This document shows positions 13,270 to 25,800 of a stretch of DNA of 64,000 bases, one piece after another. Origin of the DNA: the human T2T-CHM13v2.0 reference genome, Homo sapiens. Where the stretch lies: NCBI RefSeq assembly GCF_009914755.1, contig NC_060932.1. One strand, written 5' to 3'. The position numbers and the translations under genes are program-made. Positions within the stretch are counted from its first letter, which is position 1; each line of letters begins with the position of its first letter. The notes beneath the pieces were generated by a model, which saw nothing but the letters and a program-made list of their open reading frames with translations, did not search any database and had not been told where the DNA came from.

Positions 13270-13640
13270 TTCAATTCACTTCACTATGTGCTAATAAATA
13301 ATGTGTTTGCTCCTCATCCTCAACCCATGAATATGAACATGAGAAAGGGTGAATCCTTCCCTTCTAGAAACATGCCGGGTGACAGTGCTGGTGCATCACA
13401 AGTAAACCACAATGTCAACACACGATGATCACTATGTACGCAAAGGGGTTCCAGAAGCCCTACTTGGGTGAGTCAGGGAGAATGTCCTGGAGAAGGTGGC
13501 ATTTCACCATCTTTGAAGAGTAAATGACCCCCAAGAATCAAAGGAAAAGAAAAACATCTTAAGAAAGAGGGAGGAACACAGGCAAAGTATGGGAGGAGAA
13601 GCTATGAAGACTAAAATTACTGGGGTACAAGGAAGTGGTA
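13270..13640 (-). mobile_element. L2 LINE fragment
   Basis: gagtcagggagaatgtcctggagaaggtggcatttc...tttgaaga typical of antisense L2. Confidence 0.6.
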
Positions 13641-13906
13641 AAAAAGAAAAAGATCTTTCAAAGAATATTGTGAACTGAGCCAAGGATGTGGCCCTTTTCT
13701 CATGGCAACAAAGGGCTGCTGGCAGCTTTAAATAGGAACTGTGATGGGGGAGCTTGTTCCCTTCAGTTCCCCAGAGCACCTAGAGCAGGCAGAATAACAG
13801 GAGATGCTCATAAATGTTTCTAGAAGTGAATGATTAAATAAGCAATCAGGATTTGGGAGGGTGTCCCATCATACTTTCCCCAAAACAAGATAAAGAAGCA
13901 AAGATT

Positions 13907-14210
13907 GGCCGGGTGTGGTGGCTCACCCCTGTAATCCTGGCACTTTGGGAAGCTGAGATGGGAGGACTGCTTGAGCCCAGGAGCTTGAGACCAGTCTGGG
14001 TAACATAGCAAGACCTCATCTCAACTAAAATTTTTAAAAAAGTAACAGGGTGTGGTGGTACACACCTACAGTCCCAGTGACTCATGAGGCTGAAGCAGGA
14101 GGTTTGTTTGAGTCTAGGAGTTCAAGGCTGCAGTGAGCTATGATGGTGCCACTGCACTCCAGCCTGGGTAACAGAGTGAAACCCTGTCTTTAAAAAAAAA
14201 AAAAAAAAAA
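13907..14210 (+). mobile_element. Full-length AluJ
   Basis: gcttgagcccaggag, ggagttcaaggctgcagtgagctatgat, poly(A). Confidence 0.95.
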
Positions 14211-14506
14211 GGTCAGGTTTGGCAGCTCACACTTGTAATCCCAGCACTTTGGAAGATTGAGGTGGGCAGACTGCTAGAGCCCAGGAGTTCAAGACCAGCG
14301 ACCAGCTTGGGCATCATGGCAAAACCCTGTCTCGCTAAACAAAAAGTAGCCAGGTGAGGTGGCACAAGCCTGTGGTCCCAAGTACTTAGGAGACTGAGGT
14401 GGGGATATCATCTGGGCCTGGGAGGTCGAGGCTGAAGAGCCAAGACTGCGCCACTGTACTCAAGTCTCAAGCCTGGGCGAAAGTGAAACTGTCTCCCCCG
14501 AAAAAA
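14211..14506 (+). mobile_element. Second AluJ, tandem, directly after the first A tail
   Basis: gctcacacttgtaatcccagcactttgg...gggaggtcgaggctg...agcctgggcga. Confidence 0.92.
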
Positions 14507-14509
14507 GCA

Positions 14510-15630
14510 AAGAAGGACTTCCAGTGTTACAGCATAAAGCACACAGAAGTTCTGGATAAAGTATGGCTAACATCCATAGTGAGTAAGCAGTAAGCATGTG
14601 AGGTGATTTTGCCACAGCCCTTTTCCATTGTTTTGGTAACCTAAGGGAGCTTAGGTTTCAACACTCTTGCAGAGACAGCAAAAAATGACCCACAGGTGCG
14701 GGGTTGAAACTTAGATTCCCTCCCAAAGTTGGACCTCTTGAGGGACTACAATCTCAATGAAAGGTGAACTAGGGAAGAGAAAAATCCACCCACCAGCACA
14801 GAGAGATGCAAGAAAGCTGGTCTGTCTCTAAGGTGGGGGTAGGAGTGAAGGTGCGGCTGGAGGAGTCTGACCTGAGATTACATAACTAGTGGTCAGTGAT
14901 TCCACCTGAGTGGAATCCACTCTCAAGCTGCAAAGTGATTGTATACAACAGGGGTCTAGACATTCAGGGATGAGGGGAATCATATCAGTGACTTAATCTC
15001 AAATAAGTGGTTGTAGGGGGGAGGGTTCTGTGTACTGTACTTGCCATTTTTCAGAAAGTTTAAAATCTTTTAAAAAATATTTTTAAATGAATTAAATAAG
15101 CAGTTTGGAGCTGGAAGCACCCCAGGAGAATCAAATGCAAAACCACTCTGGAAGGTAATGACTCACATCAGGCCATATAAATTTCCCACAGAGAAAGCCC
15201 TCCTGATAACGAGATTACCTTCCAAAAATATAAAAACATGAAAGAATACAATCTACCATGGGAGAGAACCAACAGTTATAAAAAACAGAACTAATTTCCC
15301 CAATAATTTGATTTAATACAGTTACTGAATACATGACACAATTTGTAAAAATAAAGACCTAAATAGTAAAATAAAATGAGAATAAAAATGAGAAAAGAAC
15401 AAGACACTATGAACGATAGACAGATATAAATACACATTAAGCAGGTCTAAAATATAAAAAATATGTATCAAAGGAACCATTAAAATAGCTGATGAGAGAA
15501 TTAGTTAACTGGAAGATATATCTGATGAAATTATCCTTAAAATGAAGCACAGAGAAAGAAAAAGTAGGATAATAAGTGAGGATAAGAGACATAGAAGATA
15601 GAATGAGAAAGCTTAATATTAACCTAAACC
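14510..15630 (+). mobile_element. Ancient L1M/HAL1-like 5'UTR-ORF1 remnant
   Basis: Decayed ORF1 coiled-coil peptides ADERIS*LEDISDEII (about 15488) and IRDIEDRMRKLNI (about 15582). Confidence 0.65.
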
Positions 15631-15702
15631 TACAGGTACCGCCGCCACCCACCCCCTCAAAAAAAAAGTAGTCATTAAGAGGACAAAGAAGTAGTACAGC
15701 CC

Positions 15703-15778
15703 AGAGTGAGACTCTGTCTAAAACAAACAAACAAACAAACAAAAAAAAAACAAAACAAAAAACAAAACAAAAAAAAAC
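15703..15778 (+). mobile_element. Ultra-truncated Alu: 17-nt 3' tip plus A/AAAC tail with TSD
   Basis: agagtgagactctgtct + A-rich tail flanked by tagtacagccc at 15692-15702 and 15779-15789. Confidence 0.88.
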
Positions 15779-15979
15779 TAGTACAGCCCCTTTTCATACA
15801 CTCCAGTTGGGGAAATCCTTGTAAAAAAGAATCTATTGCTCAACTCAAGCCTACAGTTAACCCTAGCGACAGCTCCTAGATCTAATGAAGTTCAAGGAAA
15901 ACAAGAGTAACAAGAGCTATAGTAGTCAAGCAATTCATGGACCTTGAAGAATAGGGGAATAAATGGTATGTTGTGATAT

Positions 15980-16205
15980 AATACTGACAGCTAAGACTTA
16001 CTGAGTACTTAGCCTGTGCAAACACTGTAGTAAGCTCTTTAGATGAAGAATCACATTAGATCCTCCCAAAAACCCAATGAGATGGGAATAAGAATATGAT
16101 GATGATTTTACAGATAAGGAATGTTAAGTACCTTGCCTGCAGTCACACAGCAGGTAAATGGAGGGGCTGGAAGTCATCTCTACAGCTAGGCTCTTAACCA
16201 TTCTG
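15980..16205 (-). mobile_element. MIR SINE
   Basis: agctaagacttactgagtactta...attttacagataagga...gtcacacagcaggtaaatgg. Confidence 0.85.
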
Positions 16206-16820
16206 GTATCTCAGCAGAACCCCTCTCCCTTGATAAAAATCTACTTTGTAATTAATAAATAAATTACGTGTTGAAGGAACTCCTCTACCCTATGCTTATA
16301 AAAGCATTGTGGTCAGGGTGGAATATCCTTTGCCCATTGGGTAGAATATTTTCCTTCACAAGAGTAGGGAACTTAGTTGTGACTGATATATTTTCTCCTT
16401 GAGAAAATCTTCCCGTAAGTAGTCTATACAAGGGGATGTTGGGTGAGGCCCTCTCTCTAGAGAGAAACTCAGGAAGTGTCCAGCCCAGAACTGGTAGGAG
16501 CAGCTGAAAAAGTAGTCTTTCCTAAAACCATGAACCTTCTTTGTGGCTAGTGGTGTTACACAAAGCAACATGGCAGCACAAGTTCCATAAAGGTGGTGCT
16601 CCATTCCCTCTGTCCAAGCATCTCACTTCCATACACCCCAAGGAAATTGGTCACTAGGAGAAAAGTGGCTAATAACTCAAAGTTGATTACAGATCTGATG
16701 GTATCAGCCAAAATACAGACACAATCTCTGCAGATCCAGTAACACAGAAATGATTTAGTAAATTAAGGAACATCTCTATATGATGATATTATTATGTGGC
16801 CCTCAAAATAAGACTGTATA

Positions 16821-17104
16821 GGCCTGGCACGGTAGCTCATGCCTGTAATCCCAGCACTTAGGGAGACTGAGGCAGGTAGAGCACTTGAGCCCAGGAGCTC
16901 GAGACCAGCCTGGGAAACACAGCAAGACTTTGCCTCTACAAAAATATTAAAAAATTAGCCAGGTGTGATAGTGTGCACCTGTAGTCCCAGCTACTTGGGA
17001 GACTGAGGTGGGGGAATCACTTGAGCCCAGGAGGCAGAAGTTTGTAGTGAGCTGGGATCATGCCATTATACTCCAGCCTGGGTGACAGAGTAAGATCCCG
17101 TCTT

Positions 17105-17107
<3 letters not shown>
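16821..17107 (+). mobile_element. Full-length AluJ
   Basis: Dimeric Alu with cacttgagcccaggag in both arms. Confidence 0.95.

Positions 17108-17156
<49 letters not shown>
17108..17156. repeat. (AC)n microsatellite replacing Alu tail
   Basis: About 24 AC units directly after the Alu 3' end. Confidence 0.97.
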
Positions 17157-17157
<1 letters not shown>

Positions 17158-18508
17158 CTGTGTAACTATAGAGCAATATTTGTACTATTTTAAAGAAAAA
17201 AACGCAAAATTCAACATGGCATGTATTTGAAGATGGTAACGGTTAAAACAATGTATACAAGCAACAAAAACTAAAAAATAATAACTAAAAATAGTTGGGT
17301 TAGAGTAGTGGGATGGTAGGTGATCTTTTCTCTCCAAATATTTAAAAAATTATATTGTTGCATGATATACTACATTTAGAGGGGAGGCATTCAGGCTCCT
17401 TGATAGCACTCCAGTTTAAGAATCATTTGCAGTCTCCACAAAATTATACTACTGTTTGTTAAACGAAATTCTTTCCTTGAAGCATTCCCCCATCAATTTT
17501 GCCAATGTTAGCTTACATTATGCAGGACAAGAGCAATATCAAGTTACTTAACATGATTAGTGAAATCTGAGGGAGGAGGAGGGAGGGTGGAGAAGGAACA
17601 GTCAAAGGCACTTAAACTACTAACAAAAAAAGTACTGTGGCTTGTACATAAAACCATTATTGGCCTCCATAAGGCATTATCAGTCCAATAATACATTTCT
17701 GTTTTAGACTTTTAAAGAAGTGTACTTGAAACCAGAACAGGCCTTGAATTTCAAATACATACAACTAAAGGAATGCTGCAGTGGGAGAATTAAGGCCAAC
17801 TGAAATTGGCCTTTTGTCTAGGATGCATTCTTTAGACTTAAGAAAAAGGCAGAGTCTGGTTTAGCTGTGGATAAATTTGAAAGTAAAATCCGAGGTTTGC
17901 AGAATTACCCACACACCCAGAGAGAGAAGGCCAATGCAGATTTCTGTGATACAGTTTCCAAGTAAAATAGCCATTCTGTGACCTGACTGTACCTCTAGCT
18001 CGAAGGAAGCAAACAAAAAAATTGTTAGCAGGATGTCCTGAGAATACAGATAGTGACAGTTCAAGTGGCTGTCTACACATGCTCACAGGGTCAACAGCAG
18101 GAAAGAAACAAGAATGTTAAACTTATGTCCCAACAGATTAAACTGCCTCCCAGTAATACATGCCACCTACCAAAGTCCCTCTCCAAGTTTCATACTGACA
18201 TAGTGGTCATCTCAGCTTAGTGTAGCAAACCTAGGTTTTCTAGGTTTTGATAACTATGTGTGACTGTCTCTTTCACCCCTAAGGGGGTCACTATTAGATG
18301 AGGCACTGTCCTGGGAAAGTTGAAAGGTACGTAAAGGTCAGGGTCTCTGGTTATATGAACAGGCCTCTGGATTCATGCAAGGGTAGAATTACTTTTAATT
18401 TTTGTCTTATCTGGTCTCTGGTACCTGCATTAGATAAATGTGCTAAGTGTGTGTTCCAAGCATCCAGGATCACAAAATTTTGAGGCATTCGTTCCAAGTT
18501 AAATATCA

Positions 18509-18860
<352 letters not shown>

Positions 18861-20648
18861 TCACTTTGGGCCCATGTTTCCCCCTCCAATAAGATGAAAC
18901 TTTTTCTTTTGGTAAAGATCACACTAAATTCACTTCATTACCCATTAACATACATTGTGACCTGCAGTTTGAATACTTCTGCAGACCCTTATAATTCTGA
19001 TGATTCCTAATTCTAACATTCTTTCTGTCTGATCTGTGTGATCTCAAGGAATCAGCTCTGTATGTAAAAGTATAAAGAAATAACTTCCCTCATTTAAATG
19101 GTTAATTGGATAACCAGTGTAGAGACAAGTAACTTATAAATTCAAAGCTTTTCATTTTGCTCATATTTTGCTCTATGTTCATAGAAACTGTCTTTCAACT
19201 AAAACATGCATAAGAACACAAAAACTAAACCAACTAGGCTAAATCTTCATCCTGTATGTTTCTTTGCAAGAAGGCAATTTGGTTCTAATATTTGAGTTTA
19301 ATAAAAAACAAACAAAATCTATCCTAAACAGAGGTACCTAAAGAAGGTAATTCTGTCCAACAGGTAGAAGCTGCTGGGAAAAAACAGTCCTTAGAAAAGA
19401 GTTACAGATTTTAGTCCACTGTTTCTCTCTACCTTTAAAAGCCATTTCCCTCATCTGCTCAAATTAATTTTTCCTAATGAATTGAGTTAATCCTCCTTTT
19501 TTGAAACAGAAATCTTTCCTGTAAGTATTACCTGAGAAGTAGTTCACCCTACAGTGTAAGATGAGTCACCAGCACACAGAACAAGTGCTGAACAATCCAC
19601 TTGGCCAAACAAATCACACTGGGGGCAATCTGAGGATCACACCGTCCTGAAACAAGAATGGCTGCTCCTGGTCCCCAAGGATGGCCCACTGATCAGGAGA
19701 GCCTGCTGCCGGGCTGCTCTGATTTGGTCTCACTTGCCCTGCAAGCAACAAATCCTTCTCATTCCCAAGTCTTTATTCTTCCAATCAGCAGAGGGGCTGC
19801 TCGCTCCTAAAACTGAACTCGACCAGAAGAGCTATACTAACAAGTGCCTTAGACCCAGAGGAAAGGATGATGCTTCAGCACGTGTCATGTTAAAGGGGCA
19901 GTTTATCCTATATGTACCTTCAACCTCACTCTACCCTTTTTAAAAAAATCAAGTACAAATTATTCTGATGTGCTATTAAGACACTGCACTGCTTGTAGGC
20001 CACACAGTTCCAAGGAATTTGTTTTTCTTTACCAAGAAATTATATATACCTTTTACATAGTTTTGATAAGAAGATTATTTACCACCCTCAAGGAAAAGGA
20101 GAGTAGGAAGTCAAAATCATTTCTTCCATTTCTACATGTACCGCTCAGATGCGTGGGCTATTCAGCTAACTTTGCAAATTAGCTTCCAACACCTACCAAC
20201 CTGCATCTCCCTATTTCTTGGTCTTTTGTTTTTGCATCTTTTAGGAGTATGATACAAGCCCCAAGGTTTTTTAAATGAAACTAAATGTTAAACTATAAAC
20301 GATGGGCTGATCACCCACTGAACTAAACTTGCTTTCATTACCAGGATTTCGTATCATTAGGAAATGGTTCCCAATGAAACTATACATTTTCACATAGTCA
20401 TCCCTGCTTCAAAAATCACTAAATTTAGATTATCATTCTATTCTCTAGTATCCTGTTTATGAAGATTGTGTGCCACTCTGAGCTTTCCTCCCATTTTGTT
20501 ATTTTTATAATGTATAAAATCTTTATGGAAATAAAAAAAGTCATGTTTTATAATGGAAGGGGAGGAAGCAAGACTTGCTGTCTCAAGTTGAATGATGAAG
20601 AAATAAAAAATAAAAATAAATTTAAAAAAAGACTTACTGTCACTAAAA

Positions 20649-20801
20649 GGCTGCGGTAAGCTCCAGTCCCAAATACTGGGGAGGCTGAGACAGGAGGATT
20701 GCTTGAGCTTGGGAGATCAGGCTGCAGTGAGGTGTGATCACACCACTGCACTACAGCCTAGGGGACAGAGCAAGACTCTGTCTCAAAAAACAAAAACAAA
20801 A
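20649..20801 (+). mobile_element. Alu right arm (AluJ/FRAM-like)
   Basis: gggaggctgagacaggaggattgcttgagc...ggctgcagtgag...gactctgtctcaaaaaa. Confidence 0.9.
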
Positions 20802-21762
20802 AATGGGCAAAGGACATGAATAGACATAAAAATGACCAGCAGGTATATAAAAAAAAATTCAACATCACTAACCTTCAGGAAAATGCAATTTAAAACCATA
20901 ATGACATATCATCTTATCCCAGTTAGAATGGCCATTAAAAACACCAAAACAAACAAACAAAACCCCTATGTTGGCGAGGACGTGGAAAAAAGGTAACTCT
21001 ACACATTGTTGGTAGGAATCTAAATTAGTACAGTCGCTGTGAAAAAGAGTATGGAGATCTCTCAAAAAACTAAAATAGATTCATCATACAATCCAGCAAT
21101 TCCACTATCCCACTACTGGGTATTTCTCCAAACGAAAGGAAATCAGTATATAAAAGGGATGCCTGCACCCCCATGTTTACTGCAGCACTATTCCCAATAG
21201 CAAAGATATGCAGTTAACCTATGTGTCCATCAACAGATAAATGGATAAAGAAGATGTAGTATATATACAAATGGAATACTATTTGACCATAACAAACAAT
21301 AAAATCAAGTCATTTGCAATGACATGGATAGAACTGGATGTCACTATGTTAACTGAAATAAAGCAGGCATAGAAAGAACAATATCTTATGTTCTCACTCA
21401 TATGTGGGAGCTAAAAATGTTGAGGTAGAAAGTGGAATGACAGATACTAGAGACTGGGAAGAGTATGTAGGTGGGAGAGAGAGAGAATAAAGAATGGCTG
21501 GTTAACGAGTACAAACATACAATTAGAGGGAATAAGCTCTACTGTTCAGTGGCAGAGTAGGGTGACTACAGTTAATGACAATATATCGTGTATTTCAAAA
21601 TAGCTTGAAGAGAGGACTAGAAATCTTCCCAACACACAGAAATGACAAATACTCGAGGTGATGGATACCCTAAATACCCTGACCTCATAATTACACATCC
21701 TATGCATGTAAGAAAATTTCACATGTACCCCATAAACATGTATAAATACAGTGTATCAATAA
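20802..21762 (+). mobile_element. L1MA (L1MA2/3-like) 3' fragment: end of ORF2 and 3'UTR
   Basis: aaatgggcaaaggacatgaatagacat...atgtttactgcagcactattc...tgttctcactcatatgtgggagctaaaa...gtgatggataccctaaataccctgac...gtatcaataa. Confidence 0.93.
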
Positions 21763-22099
21763 GAACAGAGGGGCTAATCTAATGGAGAAAGATAAAATCC
21801 TATCACTCATTTACCAAACAAATCAACAGATTTTTTTAAAGGCTAGTTTTAGTGTTGTAATTATCATTTCTTATCTTAAATCTAATATGAAGAAAGCCCA
21901 TATGCTAAATCTCTTTCCTTTCTGAGGAAGGAGAAAAGCATCAAAATCAATTGAAAACCTTGAAGTTCAGCGGTCCCTCCCAAGGCAGGGTCACGCCTGC
22001 TTCCACTCAAGGTCTGCAGAAGGGGAAAGTAAGGAAGCAAAGTAGCAGGAGGCATCAGCAAGGAACTGCGGGGGACATGTGGACTAGAAGAAAAATAAA

Positions 22100-22290
22100 C
22101 CACATCCAATACACTGGCTGTGCATCAGAATTACTTGGGAAACTTGCTATAAACACAGCAGCCAGGCTTCTGAACCCAGGAGCTTGTATTAAGGAGGAGC
22201 TCACAGGATCTTGGTATCTGCTTCTCTGGGTATCTCTGGGCATCCTGATGGAGGTTGTCTACAAACCTCACTTCCAGAAAACCTGGCTTA
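22100..22290. mobile_element. MER5-like hAT-Charlie MITE
   Basis: gctgtgcatcagaattacttgggaaacttg... Confidence 0.55.
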
Positions 22291-22359
22291 TAATGTCATT
22301 CCTAAAGATGACAGAGCTGGTGAGATAGGTCACACTTCGAGGAGAACAAAGTAGTAGTT

Positions 22360-22450
22360 TCAACTGGTCTGTGGTGCGACCCAGACATTAGCCCACATGT
22401 AACACTCCCCAGGTGATTCCAATGGGCAGCCAGGGTTAACACTGCCCTGT
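22360..22450. mobile_element. MER5A-like fragment
   Basis: ctccccaggtgattccaatgggcagccagggtt. Confidence 0.6.
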
Positions 22451-22594
22451 CTGGTAACATCCGCCACATAGATAAAACCTTGCCTGTTCTCATTTAAAAA
22501 GCTCATCACTTCCTACTCCCAAGACTTGTTCAAAATCCCATTAGTCCCAGCATCCTCCATAGGATGAAGGGGGGCGGAGGAGCTGGGGTCCACG

Positions 22595-22730
22595 AGAAAA
22601 GTAAAGAGACCTGAGTTCTAGCCTTGGCTCAGCTACTAACTGGCTTTGAGATCTTGATTCTCAGTTTCCCCATCTCCAAAAAGGTAATGTTTGCAATAAA
22701 TTCCTTTAGAATGTAAAAGTCTATGACTCA
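22595..22730 (+). mobile_element. MIR3/MIR fragment
   Basis: gagacctgagttctagccttggctcagctactaactgg...ctcagtttccccatct. Confidence 0.75.
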
Positions 22731-23589
22731 CAATACCTTATATAATCATTTTTCATTCTTCTCATACTAATGTATACCTCCCTGCCTGCATTGCTTTCCC
22801 TTGGGGAAGTACCAACTCAAAATGACAGCAAGCCTTGAAATTATTAGAGGATGACAAATGACTGATACTATGAAGATGGAAGAAGTGGCATGCATATCAA
22901 TAAGGCATGAAAGATGGAGGTTCAACTGGGCCTTGCTGGCATTTTTCAGTAAGTCCAAGTTTTCACTTACCATTACGGGGAAGTTTTGTTTTGGAGGAGG
23001 TGCAGAAATGGGGAGGTTACTATGTTCTTTGGTAGAGAGGAGATAATAGCTGGTAAAGAACCAGGCTGAAGAATCAAACAGCTGTGGTTTATGGTCTGAA
23101 CCCTTGCACCAGACCACTCGATCTACCTTAAATCCTAAATGGAAAACAGGTAAGGGGATACTTAACCCCGCCACACAATATCAACTTGACATAGCAACCT
23201 CTGCCTCTCTTCTCACTATCGCATTCATTGTTGAGGATGTATCTTTGAGAATTAATACTGGATGACATAATATTTCATTCAAGTCTGAGTGATCAACAGA
23301 AGTTCACTTCCTTGGAAGCACGGACTTCTTTTCCTTAGCAGAGTACCAGGCACAGAGCAGATGTATGCTGAAGTGAACTGAAGGAATCTGTGTTCTCTGG
23401 CATAGAATCTTGATCCACATAAAGCCTTCCTGAATACCACCAGTACAGGATTGGATTGGCTCTTAGCTACACCTACTGTAGTTCTTATTTCTGTATACCT
23501 GTGGGTGGAAATGGAGGATAAACCTCTCTTCGCTTTTCCTCATAGTCCACTACCCTTAACTTGGAACAGAAACCATTTAGTGAGACATA

Positions 23590-23808
23590 ATAAGCATAGA
23601 CTCTTGAGACTGTAGCTCCATATTCAACTCCTAGCTGTGTTATTTTGTAGCTGGATGACCTTGAGCTACTTCTCCAACTTTTTTAGAGTCTTCATCTGTG
23701 AAACAGGAATGAATAATCCTAACCATCTCTAGATCTTAGACAAGAATGAAATGAGAGCATATACAAAGCTCTGAGCACTCCGAAGGCACTCAACAAATGG
23801 TAGCTCCT
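23590..23808 (+). mobile_element. MIR SINE
   Basis: tagctggatgaccttgagc...tcttcatctgtgaaacagg...gcactcaacaaatggtagct. Confidence 0.8.
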
Positions 23809-24909
23809 TTTCTTCTTCCAAATGCTTTGAAACCCACAACTGGGAGAAGTCTTCAGATGAAGTTATATTCCTGGCCCTAACAGAAAGAAGTTACAAATGG
23901 GTGAACAAAGAAGCCTGTAATTGGGCTTTCCACAGGTCAAAGAGAGCTAAAGAAAGCCACTAATTCACTTATCAAAGATTCCTGGAAGGCAGTAATAATG
24001 GCTTTGGGCAGCAGCACTTACGTACTTTCAGATGGATGACCCAGGTCAATACCCCTCTCTCAATTACCAGTCCCCTGAGGCGTCCCAGCGCCTGCACACA
24101 AAAGCTCTCCTCCTGGCTAGCCTAGAAAGGAGAAAACACCTTCTAAACAGAGGTACACACAGGAGCTAAGAAGTGAAAAGGGTTTTAAAGGGGCCTTATC
24201 AACTTATAAAGCAATTCGTTCAAATTTTACTGGCAGGATGCAACTTCAGTTAAAAAAAAAAACTATGTATATAAAGATTCTTGCACAATTAGAGAAACGT
24301 AAGCATTTCGATGCTTTTAAAATTATGTTTAAATCTATTATATTTTCTAAATATTATCCAAATAAACATAAAAATGCTTTTAAAACAAATAAGGAGGCCA
24401 TATCAGAGAAAAGATAGATTTATTTTGCTTTTTTGTTGTAACTCTCCAATGGAAAAGGCATGTAAAAAACTACATTCCTCACGGAGAACAACAGAACTGG
24501 AGGAGAACGTAAACCGTTACAACCAAGTAGAAGATAATACCAGTCACATTTTTTTGCAGAAGTAAAGGTACTGATAATGACCGGACTTCATCAGCGGCTC
24601 CAAGAACAGATTCTATGACAGAGTGATCAAGGAAAGAACCAAGTTTCAAAAAGGCAAGCCTCTTTAAGGGAAGAGTATGAGAAAGATTCAGCCCAGTTCC
24701 ATGAATGGATGCTTTGCCCTGACAAAAGATGTCACAAAAAGAACCCTGCGGGCCTGACCTCTAGGTCTGGCATTGCTGCTAATAAATTATGATGTTCCTG
24801 GGCACAGCAAACTCCTAGAGCTTCGTTCCTCATTTGTTTAAAAAAGAAGGCTGGGGGGCACTGGGCCGCTCCAGCTGTAACAATCTCTTCCATTTCCTCT
24901 AAGTTCACA

Positions 24910-25070
24910 AAGTGATTCCATATACATTCTGCTACTGTGACAAAAGCTACATTAGTCTCCATTTTATAAAGGATAAATGATTTACCCCAGATCACACTGT
25001 AAACAAGTGCTAACAAGGACTGTAACTCTTAACTATGAATTCAAAATTTAGGCTTTTCTTCTACTGTAGC
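24910..25070 (-). mobile_element. MIR fragment
   Basis: ctccattttataaagg...atgatttaccccagatcacac. Confidence 0.6.
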
Positions 25071-25304
25071 CAATCATGGACTACGAAGAACCAGCTTGCT
25101 AAGCCATGTGATGGTCTATGCTACTGACAGGTATCCTCAGACAAAAAAGCTGGCATTTGTGTCCTGTAGGCTGATCCCAGGGTCTTCTGTGACAGTACCT
25201 CAGCCACAGCTGAGACAATCTGGAGTAAATACTTAGCCCGAATTCTGACCAAATGGATTTGTGATTGGGATTTGCAGGCCAAACGTGAACTGAGAGCCAA
25301 GACT

Positions 25305-25308
<4 letters not shown>

Positions 25309-25392
<84 letters not shown>
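25309..25392. repeat. Compound microsatellite (AC)23(TC)19
   Basis: Direct reading. Confidence 0.98.
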
Positions 25393-25397
<5 letters not shown>

Positions 25398-25669
25398 ACA
25401 AAAAAGCTCCATGGCAGCATGAGAGACCCTAAACTATGAGAAGGTGGAAAGTGTGAGTCAACAGAAATTAAGGAACAGAAATAAAGGGACAAGGAGAGCA
25501 GTGCACTCACAGTGCCAGGAGCGGTCTTGGCAGACACAGAAAACTAAGTGAACTCAATGGCAGACGATGGAAGGACTCTGCCTGCTGCTGAGGGAGGTCA
25601 GTCCCTGGGGTCCCTTGTCCATGTGCAGCCTAGCTGACTCACAATAGGTACGGCTTTGACAGCGTAACC

Positions 25670-25800
25670 CCACCCTCACCCGTCCACATCAGAATCACAT
25701 GTGTGTGCTTTTCAATGCAGGCACCGAGGGCCCCCCATCCCAGACTCTCCAGATCAGAATCTCCTAGTTGATTACGATGCATGCTCTAGCTGAGGACCAC
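25670..25800. mobile_element. MER5A-like fragment
   Basis: cacatcagaatcac...gggcccccatcccagac...atcagaatctc. Confidence 0.55.

Larger units (their letters stand above)
16745..17365 (+). mobile_element. Old L1M 3' end interrupted by an Alu
   Basis: gaaatgatttagtaaattaagg... resumes after the Alu with gtagtgggatggtaggtgatctttt. Confidence 0.5.

Noticed and set aside
14896-14922. Short hairpin agtgattccac-ctga-gtggaatccact
   Set aside because: Too short for a pre-miRNA and lies within an old L1 remnant
21951-23174. ORFs of 125 and 135 aa
   Set aside because: No recognisable homology or exon structure; the first overlaps a MER5-like element
25099-25537. ORFs of 100 and 138 aa with ERERER/CVCVCV
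   Set aside because: Open only because they cross the (AC)n(TC)n microsatellite; the same holds for 33145-33537 and 48495-48893
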